A stretch of DNA of 63,314 bases, counting the filler, from Choristocarpus tenellus KU-1152 (Eukaryota > Protista > Phaeophyceae): NCBI GenBank assembly GCA_964200185.2. It is 12 parts of 12 records of this genome, joined end to end, with 100 filler letters (N's around TTAATTAATTAA, not from the genome) between each part and the next. Parts side by side here need not be neighbours in the genome. Positions count along the whole stretch, not along the records: positions 23,000 to 27,920 come from CAXNAD020012526.1; positions 28,021 to 33,239 come from CAXNAD020011465.1; positions 33,340 to 35,956 come from CAXNAD020026233.1; positions 36,057 to 44,978 come from CAXNAD020004195.1; 8 more parts are not named here. One strand, given 5' to 3'. A program made the position numbers and the translations under genes. Shown one piece after another: positions 25,901 through 38,348 of this stretch. Positions within the stretch are counted from its first letter, which is position 1. Every line of letters starts with the position of its first letter. The notes beneath the pieces were generated by a model. The model did no database searches. It was not told the DNA's origin and saw nothing but the letters and a program-made list of their open reading frames with translations.

Positions 25901-28163
25901 CTCTATGCTAAGACCCGCATTTAGACCCTCCTCTTATACTCTATCCTCATGTTCTGGGTTCACTTGTGTACCCAGATCAGGTCCAATCCCAAACAATTTC
26001 CGTGCAGTGACTATCGGCCCTTTTACTCGGTGCAGTTCCTGACCGTATGCACTCCCTGCCCATTAGAGGTCATCATTATGTTGCCTCTTTCGCGGATGAT
26101 CCCACAGGCTGGCTACTTGCGTACACACGCCTTCCCGCTATCAAACCGTCGGGAATGTGGTACAGAGTCCAACATTGACGCCAGCGACCTTCTTCTTCTT
26201 CTTCTTCTTTTTTTTGGAACAGTTTCCCGTGTTCGCTTTTTTTTTTAGATGCGGCCCAATTCAAACACACCACGTCATCGCTCTCCCCCCCCGTACCTGC
26301 GAGAGCAGCAACGGCTCTTCCTAAGTTCTCTTTTCTTTTTTTTTATTACACTGTGACGCCCAATGAGCTCCGACTTGCCGCCTGCCGCTTATCGAGTAAA
26401 TGTGCTGCCATTCACTGCTTGTTCCTTGCGTGGGTATTTTATAACCACTGTGGATTGGGAATAGTTTGCTAAATGAAATACATATATACATACATATATA
26501 TTATATACATATAATATATGTATATGTGTATATAATAGATAGATGTGTTTGTTGTGGGGGTTTAGACAAATCTTCGGTTCCGTGTAACTAACGAACTAAA
26601 CCAGCCCGTGTTTTTTTTTGTGTTTTTGAACTCTGAGCAGAGGGGGGAGGAGAAAGGGGGGCTGAAGACTCTCAACGAACAGTCCTTCCCTTCCCTTCCC
26701 TTCCCTCTGCTCCTGCCCAATATCTTTAAAACCTGACTCCCTTTTTTTGTTACAGGTGAGGAGGGTTCCCCTGAAAGAGAGGCGAAAGCAGCCAGTGAGG
26801 GTCGTTCTGGACAGATTGTGAGTCTGTACTGAGTCTATGCTGCTTATGGGCCCCGGAACAACGGTTCTTCCCTTGGTATCCTATATATATATATATATAT
26901 ATGTCTTGTTGGAGATATCATTTCTCGCTGCATATACGCTCTCTTTCTTTTTCTCTTTCTTTTTCTTTTTTGAGTTTGTATTGTCTGATGGTGAGTTTGT
27001 TTTTTTAGGTTTGTGTGTGTGTTTTTTGTTTTTCATCCCCCTTTTTTATTTATTTATATTTATATATATAATATATATATATATGTATATTTGGACAAAA
27101 ATATGTGTGTGTATGTGTCATACATGCTCTAATGGTATTGGCGGTGAGAACGCATCTTGAGAATGAAATTTGTATATGCTTTTGTGCTGTGTGCGAATTT
27201 TCCCCTCCCAAAATATACAAACTCCTTTGTCTGATCGCCCTCCTTCCAGCTAGCTTACAATCTAATTATGTTGAAAAACCTCAAACATAAGAGATGAGCC
27301 CTGTCTCTGCTCTCAACCTTCTAGCCCAACCTTACGCCACCTCGGTGTCCTATTTTGAACTGATATTTATTGAAATATTGATTATCTTTATACATATGTG
27401 TATTGGATTAGAAGTCTTGAAATATATATATATATATATATATTGAAGCACATGCATTAGAAGACCCTTGGGTTTCCACACATATTTGGAGTCACTTCTA
27501 CCTGAATTTTGATGCCTTTGCCTCCAACCACGTTCCGCCTCCACTACTGTCCAATTTGCCTCCTCTCCTGGAAAATGCAATAAATCTACCTTTAAAACAC
27601 CTTTTTTTGTGTCCAACTCATCATGCTGACGGCTGTATGTACCACCCTCCCGAATGCCCCTTACGCTGTTGACGTGCCCACAAGCAGACTAAGAACGCCT
27701 TCAAGGAGTCGTGTTCTGCAGGATGGTCAACGCTCCATTGTCTTCTATGCGGGGGGAGGGGACAACTCGTGAGTTGACAGTTACATGAGTATTTCATTAT
27801 TATTATTAGCTGTCGTTACCTGTTATGCGATACGTACGGTGCTGTGTAATTCACAAGTTTTTTTTTACTACTACTAGAAAAATGTGTGTGCGTGTGTGTT
27901 TTGTTTTTGAGGGGGGGGTGNNNNNNNNNNNNNNNNNNNNNNNNNNNNNNNNNNNNNNNNNNNNTTAATTAATTAANNNNNNNNNNNNNNNNNNNNNNNN
28001 NNNNNNNNNNNNNNNNNNNNATGAGCATGTACACGTATCCAGATTGTGTTCTACCAAGAGTCAGGATTCTACAATCAGCTTCGAGATGTCACACTCAATA
28101 AATCCAGTAAACCCTTCTGCCACCGGTCCCCTCCCTTGAAGATTTACTACCAGCACATCGAGG

Positions 28164-31100
28164 ATGGGAGTAAGACAGTCCTACGACTACTTGGCGATGT
28201 GTAATTGTTGTACACATGAATATATGAATATTCACTGTAGGAGTTTGATATAGCAAGCATGAATTAGTCACAACAACTATTTTATCCTCCCACTGTCAGT
28301 GCCAAGATCCTGTATGCATGACCTCTGGGAGGCCTTCAATGACGTCGCGGAGGGGTTTGGACTTACCGTGGTCGAGTTCCGTGAAATGCTTCAGTGTTCA
28401 CTGAGGGAGTACCTGGGATTCACCGAGAAGCACTTGTTGGAGACAGCGGACGCGGTATTTCGAACTTTCGACGATGACAAGGTTAAGTCCTGGTCTATAG
28501 ATTCAATAGTTCACTTAAAGATATGGGAATCCTTGGTAGGGGCGAAAAGCTCCTCAGTCTATAACCTCATCAATGTTCTATCAATACCTCTGATACCCTT
28601 CTGACCTTCGGGCTCATGGCAGAATCATCTAATTGATGCCTTGGAGTGCCTAGCATCGCTTGCTGTCCTGTCGGGGATGAGCATTAGCGACAAGATTAGG
28701 TATGACTCTCCGATTACCGTAGAGAATGCAACATGCAAGAAGAGTCAAACAATGCAGCATCAAATCTCCCACTACATTGTTTTTACATTCTTGCATTTAT
28801 GGTATTTTCCGAATAGTTTGGTCTGTGGTCCTCATTCTCCAAATTTATTTGTTTGAGCTGATGTTCAGTACCTCATACTAACCTTGTGCTCATACTATCC
28901 CCCTATGGCAGATATATCTTTGGGTTGTATGATTTTGATGAGTCTGGAGTGCTATCAATTGATGAGACCATCCTTGCACTCAGATCCACGGTTTCAGGAC
29001 TCTGCAAGCTATCTGGAATTGACCCCCCCCTGGAATCGGAGGTCGAAAGCATTGCACTTGCGGTGCGCACACCATCTTAACATGCCTCACATTTTGAATA
29101 ACCTATGGAGTCTCCCTGTGCTGATATTGCTGCCATTGCAATACTTAGTACAATGCTCACCAGAATAGAAATGACTATCGTTTGGGGGGTATATACCAGT
29201 AGTACAGTTGCTCAATTATACTGTACCTGCCCACAATCTTACCTTTTAGAGCGCGTTTGTAAAGTACTTAGTACTCTGGCATAGTGGGTTGTACACACCA
29301 CCAAGTTGTCTATCTTACTGCACCTATCTTTCCATAATCAATGGGTACAGATTATCCTACTTCTGTCAACAACAGGGAGATCCAGGTCATGCACTGGTGA
29401 AATGTGGTCTAGATCAAAGTAGTGAGAAGAGCACTTTTAACCTTTTGCAGCTGCTGATATACTGTCTAAACTCTCCTCTGTTTAGGCTTTCAAGCAGTCC
29501 ACCGACCAGCAGGAGGAGGTCAATATCGATGTCGATGCCTTCACAATCTATTGTGAAAAAACTCCTGAGATAATCTCATGGATAGAATACTGTGGGGATG
29601 TTCCAGAAAAGGATGTACAAGCTCCCACATTCTGTGACTCAGCGGTCATTCCTATCTTGAAACGAGAGGCACAGGTTTGTGCTGACAGACAACCATCGCT
29701 GCAAGACCTTTTTGTACTACTTGGTATAGAGATGTTCGTACTACTTGGAGCGTCTAGGGGAAAATGTGACCATTCCATTTCGCCGCAATAGCTTCATTTT
29801 CATTGTAGCAATATTTATCAAACCCAAACCCACCATATAATCCATCCTACAAACCGACTGCAAAAACAGTGCTGCACACGCCTTGACTACCACCTGGCAG
29901 CAATGGACATGGATGCAGGCCTACCAGCAGCCCTATCACAGGAAGATAAAGGGCTTGCGTTAGATTTGTGCCCCCAGGTATGAACAAGCTGATAACACTT
30001 AGACTATTCTGGCACAGAACTGAACCCTGAACAGGGACTGAGTGCATCCCTCCATTTATATGTTTCCATAGGAATATCATTCAGATAATACACAGGCATC
30101 ACTTCCTCTACAATTTTATCTTGTCATACTTCATAAATGCAATTGACAAAAAACGAGCTTTTCTAGAAAGACAGGTTACATCAGATTCAGGAAATATTAC
30201 AATGAACAATAGTCATGGCACACAACAATCTAACAATCCAACAATCCAACTCTACATGGGTGGGGAAAGAAGTGCAAGGGACTGCTAGGACCTAGTTACC
30301 ACTAAGCTCTCCATAAATCTAGGACTTGAGCCCTGGGCTCAGCATACATCCTTTGCTGATGAGGGAACGCAAGGGTGATATGGGTACATAAAGTAAAACT
30401 TGCTGTCGAGGGTCAAACAAAATTGGTTGCTTCACTGGTGATAAGTCTTGAACTATTGGGAAGTATTACCTATTCACTAGACTACCCAGAACACTACTTA
30501 CCCTTTTTCACAACAAAATATGAAATTGAGAATCACTATTCATTATCAGGAATGAAAATAACAAGAGATGAAATTGAGAATCATAAAGGAAAATGAGGAA
30601 AGACGAATCAGGTCGTCATATGCTAGAAAGTCAAACCTCTTGTTGGCCAGCAGACTCCAACGGATTGCCCTAATAATTGAAGCTGTTGCTTCTCATTATC
30701 AGGATCCTTGGCGTGGAACTGTGGCTTTCACTGAGCCTGCCTTGCTGCCTATGAACATCACAGACAGGTGATGTTGGAAAAGTGGCCGATGAAATTTTAT
30801 AGTTTTTGTGTAAAAAGAACTCTTGTTAATCATGCCAACATACAGGAAAAATAGTACTGACTTCTCAAACTATACCATGGAAGATTGCCTCCACCCATCA
30901 TGTGCAGGATGCCATACCAAGTATCTCGATAGGTTGTCTGGGTATATTGTACAATCAAAACATTACCAAGGCTTTACTTATGTTGCCGTAGGTCTATTGC
31001 TCAATTGGCTTTCAAGGTAATTTGATTTTTTTTCAAAGTACAGGGGACAATCAAAAAATATTTGCTTCCACGATTCTATCTAGCACTGCACCCCTCCCTG

Positions 31101-32976
31101 TATCTAATATATTGACTATCACTAACCTCAGTGAAATGCAGGAGTAGAAGCAACACACCAATCAGATCCTCCAATTGGTTTTAATTTCAAGTTAGGTAAG
31201 AACTGAGTATTTTGTTCAACTTCAACATCAACACTGTCGCACTCAGTGATTGAAAGAACCACCATAATGTTTTTTAAACACTGTATCCTTCTCAGTGCGC
31301 CTGATTCAAACCTAAAGCTTGACTGGGTCTATGGATTCAACTCCACGGGAGGAAGAGGGTCTCTTCACTACACTGTACAAGGGAGTGTTGTGCTTGGTTC
31401 TGGGTCATCTGGTGTTGTGATGAATCAGGTTAGACACTCAGGCTTAGGCCGTTGGATACATTAGCATGGAATAATGAGATAGGGCCACAGCGGTCTATTT
31501 TGGCATAGTCACTCATCCAGTCGAATCTTTTATAGATATTGTATTCTCCATCATATTGATGATTTTTTTCCAGCATGCGGTCCTATCTTACATTTCTTTG
31601 GTCCGAGTGAAAACACCATCAAGTCAAGTCAAGTCAAGTCAAGTCAAGTCAAGAGTGAAGTGCTGCTCACAATTGAAGGGGCACACCAGAAATGTTTTAC
31701 TCCCCACATGAAGAACTAAGGAACATAACCATCTTCTGTTCCTGAATCAGTCAAATTTGTGCCACAGCTGTACTAACCTTCACCAGCAGCAATCAAGGTA
31801 GTGACGTAATGTTGCAGCATGGGTGTGACATGGGTGTGACATGGGTGTGACCATCTTCTGTTCATGAAACTAAGGTTGATTGAGTCATCCTTGTATGGGT
31901 GTGACTGTTGTTATATATTGACTGGAGGTGTTATTACCCACCATGAACAGAGTCTTGGGGTAGGCTGCTTGTCATAGCACCCTTCTTCCTCCCTCAACAC
32001 TCAATGGCATCCTGAACCAGAAAGGGAGGACCTTGGGAGAGGGACATACAAGTGTTCTTGGTGACTTAGCACCCTGGGGCCCTGGGGCCTAGGGTGAGGG
32101 CTCTGGAGGGGTGGAACAAGTCTTCATCACACTTGCCATTTGTGTTGTGTGCCCCTTGGTATTCAATTGTTATTTTTTATTACAAGTAGTTCATGCATGG
32201 TACTGAGTAGTTATCAGTTGAAATGAATAGGTGCAGTTACATACAGAGGGAAGTTTTCGTCTGCAGTTGACCTTGAGTGTTGTTAGTATGGAGTACAATG
32301 GCAATATGGTAGGTGAGGTTGAGTGTGGGTCTTTTTTCAAGACCTAGACTGGATTCTCTTGAGCTGTCTTTCAGTCTTTCTGGAGCATCTTGCAGTCATT
32401 TCCCTTTACAAGTACTTCAACAAGTATGACAAAATTTGTGGAAATGATCCCAGCTAAACTTGGTAATTGGTGAATTGCACTGAAATATCGATTGCTTGTG
32501 AAAGTAGTACTCTAAGGGGTACTGTAAGGGCCTGTCCGATATTTTTCAGTACTGATCAATAAAGGAACATGAATGTGCTTGTATAACATATATATATATA
32601 TATATGGTGTGTTTGAGTATTTGCTTCGAAATCAAAGAAAGAGGCCAAGATGAACACAAGTTTGTTGCTATGAACAAGTGCTGGAAGTCGCAAAATACCG
32701 TCAATACTTACAGTGATGAAGAGTTCGTAATATATTAATGTCCACACTGCTAATAATATTTGAAATTCTTAGGCCAAACATGAGCAGCGCTTCTTTCTCG
32801 GCCATAGTGACTTTGTGTCATGTCTATCTGTACACCATACTGGAGAGGGAAGCAGCCTTTTGCACAATATTGGAGGTGAGACGGGCAGGAGAGGGAATGC
32901 AGCCTTAACACTTGTTTGCAGCGGAGAGGTTGGGGCACAGCCAAGGGTGTGCATCTGGTGTGCAGAGACATTTGAG
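28164..32976 (+). CDS. EML/EMAP-like (HELP + WD40) protein with N-terminal EF-hands, first nine exons
   Basis: Exons 28164-28200, 28300-28481, 28623-28699, 28912-29062, 29486-29674, 29870-29977, 30703-30767, 31296-31428, 32773-32976, all phase-consistent; EF loops FDDDKNHLIDALE and YDFDESGVLSIDE; HELP motif APDSNLKLDWVYGF; QRFFLGHSDFVSCL..SGEVGAQPRVCIW. Confidence 0.88.
31619..31653. repeat. (TCAAG)7 microsatellite, possible non-LTR retroelement 3' tail
   Basis: Directly visible; the tail interpretation is inference. Confidence 0.85.
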
Positions 32977-33107
32977 GTGATATGTTGGAACTTCTCTGTC
33001 GGAATGGCAGGAGCTTGTTTGAGGAGATTGTTTGAGGAGAAACAGTTGGGAGAGTGCATCACAAAGAAAAGGACTTTGAATTGTCCTGCTCATCAACATC
33101 AACCAAA

Positions 33108-33239
33108 GAGTGAAAGTATCTTAGAGGGTAGAGCTGCGTCCGTTTGGGTGCCAAAATCCAATGTTGTGATTTTGATGTAATTTTGGTTATCGTGTTTGTT
33201 AGGGTTAGGGTTAAGTTTCAACATCCTTGTTCCGGACAC
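33108..33239 (+). mobile_element. MITE family 1, partial, containing a telomeric-repeat insertion
   Basis: Aligns with family 1 but has extra GTTAGGGTT within 33199-33212. Confidence 0.85.
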
Positions 33240-33339
33240 NNNNNNNNNNNNNNNNNNNNNNNNNNNNNNNNNNNNNNNNNNNNTTAATTAATTAANNNNN
33301 NNNNNNNNNNNNNNNNNNNNNNNNNNNNNNNNNNNNNNN

Positions 33340-33359
33340 CCCCCCAGATACTTTGAGTC
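33340..33359 (-). mobile_element. MITE family 2 terminus
   Basis: CCCCCCAGATACTTTGAGTC. Confidence 0.7.
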
Positions 33360-33879
33360 AACGCTGAATGTGAAGATGAGTATATTGTCCCACCCTACCT
33401 TGACCACATTCCCGGGGCTAGATATTTCCTCCCTTGATCATGATACATCTTCTCACAAAAACTTACTGTGCAAAAAAGGACAATAGACAGGTGTACCTTA
33501 TTTTTGCGTTGAATTGAGTCCAAGTGATGTCGTTAATGAGATAGTACATCTGAATTATCTATGGAGTTCAAGATTGTAGTTAAATTGTTCTGATGCAAAC
33601 AATAATAAAGAAACAAACAATATAAGAGATCCCACAAGGTCACTCTTCTAATTTCATCTATACATTATTTTCAGTTCAGCAAAGGGGACAGTGTGAGGCT
33701 TCACACCTTCTTGTCTTCACTACTGATAAATAGCAACACCTTCCAAGGTAAATTGCACACTTACCCCATGAGTTCTGGAGCACAGGATTTGTCCTATTCC
33801 TGTTGCCAAATTTCAAAAATTGGTTAGACCTTTCCCTCATGCTTATCTACAACAACCACAAAGAGCATTCGATTGGTCG

Positions 33880-34480
33880 GCTTTTTTTGTTGGTGATCAA
33901 AACACGTGCTGCCCTGTCGGAAATCTCTATTCCTCCCATGAACCCCTGCAGGATAACATTGAACACAGGAGGAGAGAGAGTGAGAAATGAGAATATATCG
34001 GGATGCCCTGCTGATTCTGTCTCCCCAGAATAAGTAAGGATAAGGTATTAATGTGGTATGATATCTAAGGTCTTGTTGCTAGGTTGGGAAACACTGAAGG
34101 CCTCCATCAACGTAGCAAGAGCATGGATCAGTGTGAAAGGCAACAATGAAGTGGCCAATGCGACACTAGAGAACATAAAAGACCAGCTGCTCGAGAAATT
34201 CTTGTACCAGTCAGACAATGAAAGCTCGGGTGACGAGGATGACGATGGGTTTATGGGAGGGGGAAGCACATTGGGGGCTGTGAGGAAAGGAACAGCCTCT
34301 ACGGTGTTCTTGATTCCTCCACCGACGTACTCTCAAGTAGCCGATGAGATTGCAAGCTTAGAAACAACCGTCGAAGAGTTCAGCATGAACGATGTTTCGT
34401 ACCATCTCCAGAAAGCAAAGCTGGCTTGGCTCAGCGCAATTGGGGGCAGAGGGCAATCAAACAAGCGGACATCCCCGATT
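33880..34480 (+). mobile_element. pogo/Tigger-like (DDE_1) transposase C-terminal remnant
   Basis: Degenerate CW.K..LP, then acidic SDNESSGDEDDD and PPPTYSQV..LE..VSYHLQKAKLAW tail, as recalled from pogo-like transposases. Confidence 0.5.
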
Positions 34481-36117
34481 TTCTTGGCAGTCGCGATTTT
34501 TTTATTAGCGAATAAGTTGTTTTACTCAGTGTGTTCGATGGGAGGTGCATGTCGGTGCAGTGACACTTGATCTATGGTGGTGTTTTTGTTACTGTAGTGT
34601 ATAATATCCTTGTAAGTGCAATTGAATACATACGGCAGAGTGTTGGAGGGAGATTTGCTTTGAACGTTGATTTGATTTGAACTGCGAGTCGTCTGTCCAA
34701 CCATCCAATGGCTTGCAGATGCTTTTCTTGAGAAGGTGTAATATACATATGAGTGAATAAATCATAATGAGTGTAATTTTACCCGAGTTACAGTGGGGTA
34801 TACATACGACACTGGTATACTGTGGAGGGGTGCTGTAGATGTGGTGCTTGCTGTTGAAACCTGAATCGAAGCATCGTACATGTAAGTAAAATGCGTAGAC
34901 CACAAGCGAAGAGGAATCCTGGTGTTGTAAAGCCCCGATGAGTAATGTGCGTAGTCTGTGTTGCGATTAGATGTGATTGTGCTGTACAGCATTGATGGAT
35001 TTATTCTATTGCAACTGAAGTCATTGATCTCTCAGTCAAGAATGATGTGATGTGAATTCAGTGTTCTTTCATGAAATACTCAACGAAAGAAGTCTATGCT
35101 CTATGGAGAGGCTTGTTTCCTGAGCTGGCACGTGTTTCCGTAGATGGTTTTAATTCTGATTATATTACATGCAGGTGTGCGTCAGGGGCAATTATCGCAG
35201 AGTAAGCTTGATGCACTTCGAGGGGGCAATGACAACCAATGAAAAAATAATAACCATCAATTAACTTGCATCTGGGGTCTTCTACTGACAAGAAAAGAAC
35301 AGAGGTGACAGATAAAAATAAAGAGAAGAAGCTGAAGGTAACAGTGGAACGCGCTTGGAACAAGAACCGAAGTAACTTGGATGACGCTACGGTGTTCCTG
35401 TGTTTGATGTGTATCAACTGAATATCAACTGATGCTATACTTCTATCTACTGTTATCGATGTGATGATGAGTTAGGATGCGCAATACATAAATGGATAAT
35501 AACAACCAGTGCAGTGAACCAATCAACAGTCAGTACAAGCTGGCAGTTCTTGTATCATATCAACAAGAAACAAATGAGTAGCCTATGTTTTAACACTTGC
35601 TGCACCACCACAGCTCCAACGAAATGGGCTGACCAAGGGCAATGTTCAGTACATATCTACATGTAACTACTCTTGAAGGCACATGGGAAGCACATACAGC
35701 AAGGGCGTCGCTCTGTCGTAGTTCAGAGACAAGTATAAAGTGCCTACGAGCACTGTTGCTCGAAATAAAATAGGATTCTCTTATCACCATCCCTCGGCTT
35801 AAGAGAAAAGCGCTCTTATGTACAATAAGAGAGGATCAGGATATAAGAGTTTTTTTTGTTCTTGTCCCTAGCCTCTTTTATGTAGGTACACCTGTGAATC
35901 GTGTGATTCTGTGGCGGCGTGGTTCACTCAGGCAAGGGTGGCGAAGAGAATCACCGNNNNNNNNNNNNNNNNNNNNNNNNNNNNNNNNNNNNNNNNNNNN
36001 TTAATTAATTAANNNNNNNNNNNNNNNNNNNNNNNNNNNNNNNNNNNNNNNNNNNNTTGGTGGGGGGGTGGGCATTGGGTGTGTGGGGGGGGGAGTGGAA
36101 AGGGTTGGTTTTCTTCC

Positions 36118-36118
<1 letters not shown>

Positions 36119-36155
<37 letters not shown>

Positions 36156-36169
36156 AGATACTTTGACCC
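36119..36169 (-). mobile_element. MITE family 2 terminus with a C-run of about 38 nt
   Basis: (C)n-AGATACTTTGACCC. Confidence 0.75.
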
Positions 36170-36199
36170 TGATATAACTATGTCCTTCACTATCATGAT

Positions 36200-36620
36200 A
36201 TGCATGGGACTTGCCTATTTCACAATTATCCAAACCCACACGAATCCATTTGATATTCAAATAGTGCCTCACTGTGGATTGCGTTCATCCCTTACAATAC
36301 TCAAAATATGTCTTCAACAACCTTCGGGCAAGCAGCGGGGAAAATGGGTAGCCCACACCATTTGTTATAAGCCTGCTATGGTTGATGTCATGGAGAATAC
36401 CTTTCCTGCGGGAGGAACTATTACTTGGAAGTCCAATCACCCAAAGTGTCTTCTTGCAAGGGAACAGTCTGGAGTGGACATCACAGAGATACACAAAGTT
36501 GAACACAGCGGGAAGGTATGGTAGCCCAGGCTCCAAGGTATTGAAGCTGATACCTTGCATTGCCAACCCCTCCAAGGTCTTTGCAGGTTGTCCCTGGTTT
36601 AGATCAGTAGAGAAGAAGCA
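36200..36620 (-). mobile_element. Possible degenerate non-LTR (CRE/R2-like) RT fragment
   Basis: Weak FSPLL and NAIHS motifs (cf. PLQxGVG, NAFNS) across frameshifts. Confidence 0.25.
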
Positions 36621-37803
36621 GTCAGCTCAGCATTGTCTCACCTCCCTGCCTTTTCAATGGTGCATATACACTCCTTAAAGTTTGTTTGGATCAAGGCCAC
36701 TGAGGAGAGAAAACTGGGATTTGAGATGGATAAGTGGGAAGACGCTCGCTTCTTGTGCAGAGCAATTGGATTCCTCTCAATGAGATAAAGCATCCAAAAG
36801 AATAGTAAGGTGAGGCAATGGATAAAAGTGGAGGAAGCTAAGTGGCGGACAACATTATTATCATAAGCAAAAGTTTTCCAAAAGGTGGTATTTTTCCCTG
36901 ATAGGGCCCTTACAATCTTTTGGACCTAATTTACCTATGTAACCTGTAGAGCCAAGGAATTCCGATCTGTAGGTCTGTAAGTTATCAGAAAATAAACCCT
37001 CACATACGTACCGAATAAAATCGAATAAACCTTACCTGTACTGACTCTCTCACATATGTGTAACATTTCTAACACCACCAGACATAAACCAAGTAGTTCC
37101 TCTCTGTCCATCCGTCTGCCCCTGTATATTACCAGTACTGTCTCTCGTTCTTACATGTAGGAACACTGCACATTTGCACATGCTTACAAAAAAAAATCCT
37201 GTAAATGGAAAACTCGCCAGCACCAGCTCTTTGGGTCCCTCTCATGTACTGTATAAAACCAAGACATTCCTGCCCTTACCATTCATAAACTTACAGGCTC
37301 TATTAAGCTGTTTTTCCCTCTTTCCAAGTTGTTTTGAGTTTGAGTCCTACTATATATTGATATGCATCTCTACACAACCTACATCTTACCATCCTACTTC
37401 ACTTCGTTACCTGTACTGGCTCTCATCCCCACATGTGTAGGCTCACCAACGTGCTTGTGTAACTTGTCAAAAACCACATCTCCGAAGAACAGAAAAATCT
37501 TACCAACACGGGCTCAATACAGTTGCCTATCCATGCCTCACATTCTTAATGTAAAAAAGAAAGCACTCTTGTCCGTCCATCCTGTCTATACATTCCAGTA
37601 CCCTCTCTGATTATTCTATTTGCAAGCTGTAGGAAGTTTGAATCCTACTCTAATACTATGCCAACTTGATATATGTTGCAGACATTGTCATGTAGGGAAA
37701 TAAGGATAAAAAATAGAAAATACCAACGCAACAGTGGAGTGTGGAGAAGAAGTAAGCAACTACTAGACTGACATTATGAAGTCCTACCATATTATAGTAA
37801 CAG

Positions 37804-38348
37804 TTGTATGTCGGTCAAATCTCTACTCCACACCTTGAATTCAATGTAAGAACAAGCACCCTTGCCCGCAAAGACGCAAGGAGTCATGCCACCCCCCCTC
37901 CTCTCCTCCTCACCCCTGTGTCCAACGTGGAACCCCTGAGGGGTCCAGTCCCTCCCAGAGGGATAAATACTCCACTTTGGTTAGTGGTTCATTGCGGAGA
38001 GGTATGTAACTAAAGCACAACTCAATCACAATGTTGTCTGCCTTCACAAATTCACTTGAAAGAGATGAAAGAAGAGTAGAATATACTCAACCCCTTGATT
38101 GTGTTGGCACAACTGGAGCATATCATTAACCCACTACTGTTTTTTGAAGTACAGCGTATCATCAGAGCACTTTGTATTGACTAAGGGTGAAGCGGAAAAA
38201 TTAATTGTAAAAGTGAGTTTACTGCGATTGAACTATAGATTGTACTAGTGTTTATCTAGCTCTCTGTGGACCACCAGGTTACACGCAATTGGTGTCTGTA
38301 GGAACAATGAGAAGGGCCCCATCAGCAAACCTTCATATACCTTTCAGA
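37804..38348 (+). CDS. Hypothetical gene fragment with micro-exons
   Basis: Exons 37804-37845, 37985-38001, 38302-38348; strong donors (GTAAGA, GTATGT, GTGAGT) and compatible phases; LYVGQISTPHLEFN/WFIAE/RNNEKGPISKPSYTFQ. Confidence 0.45.

Noticed and set aside
35450-35800. hAT dimerisation domain remnant (LELWW)
   Set aside because: Downstream SERxFS motif not recoverable
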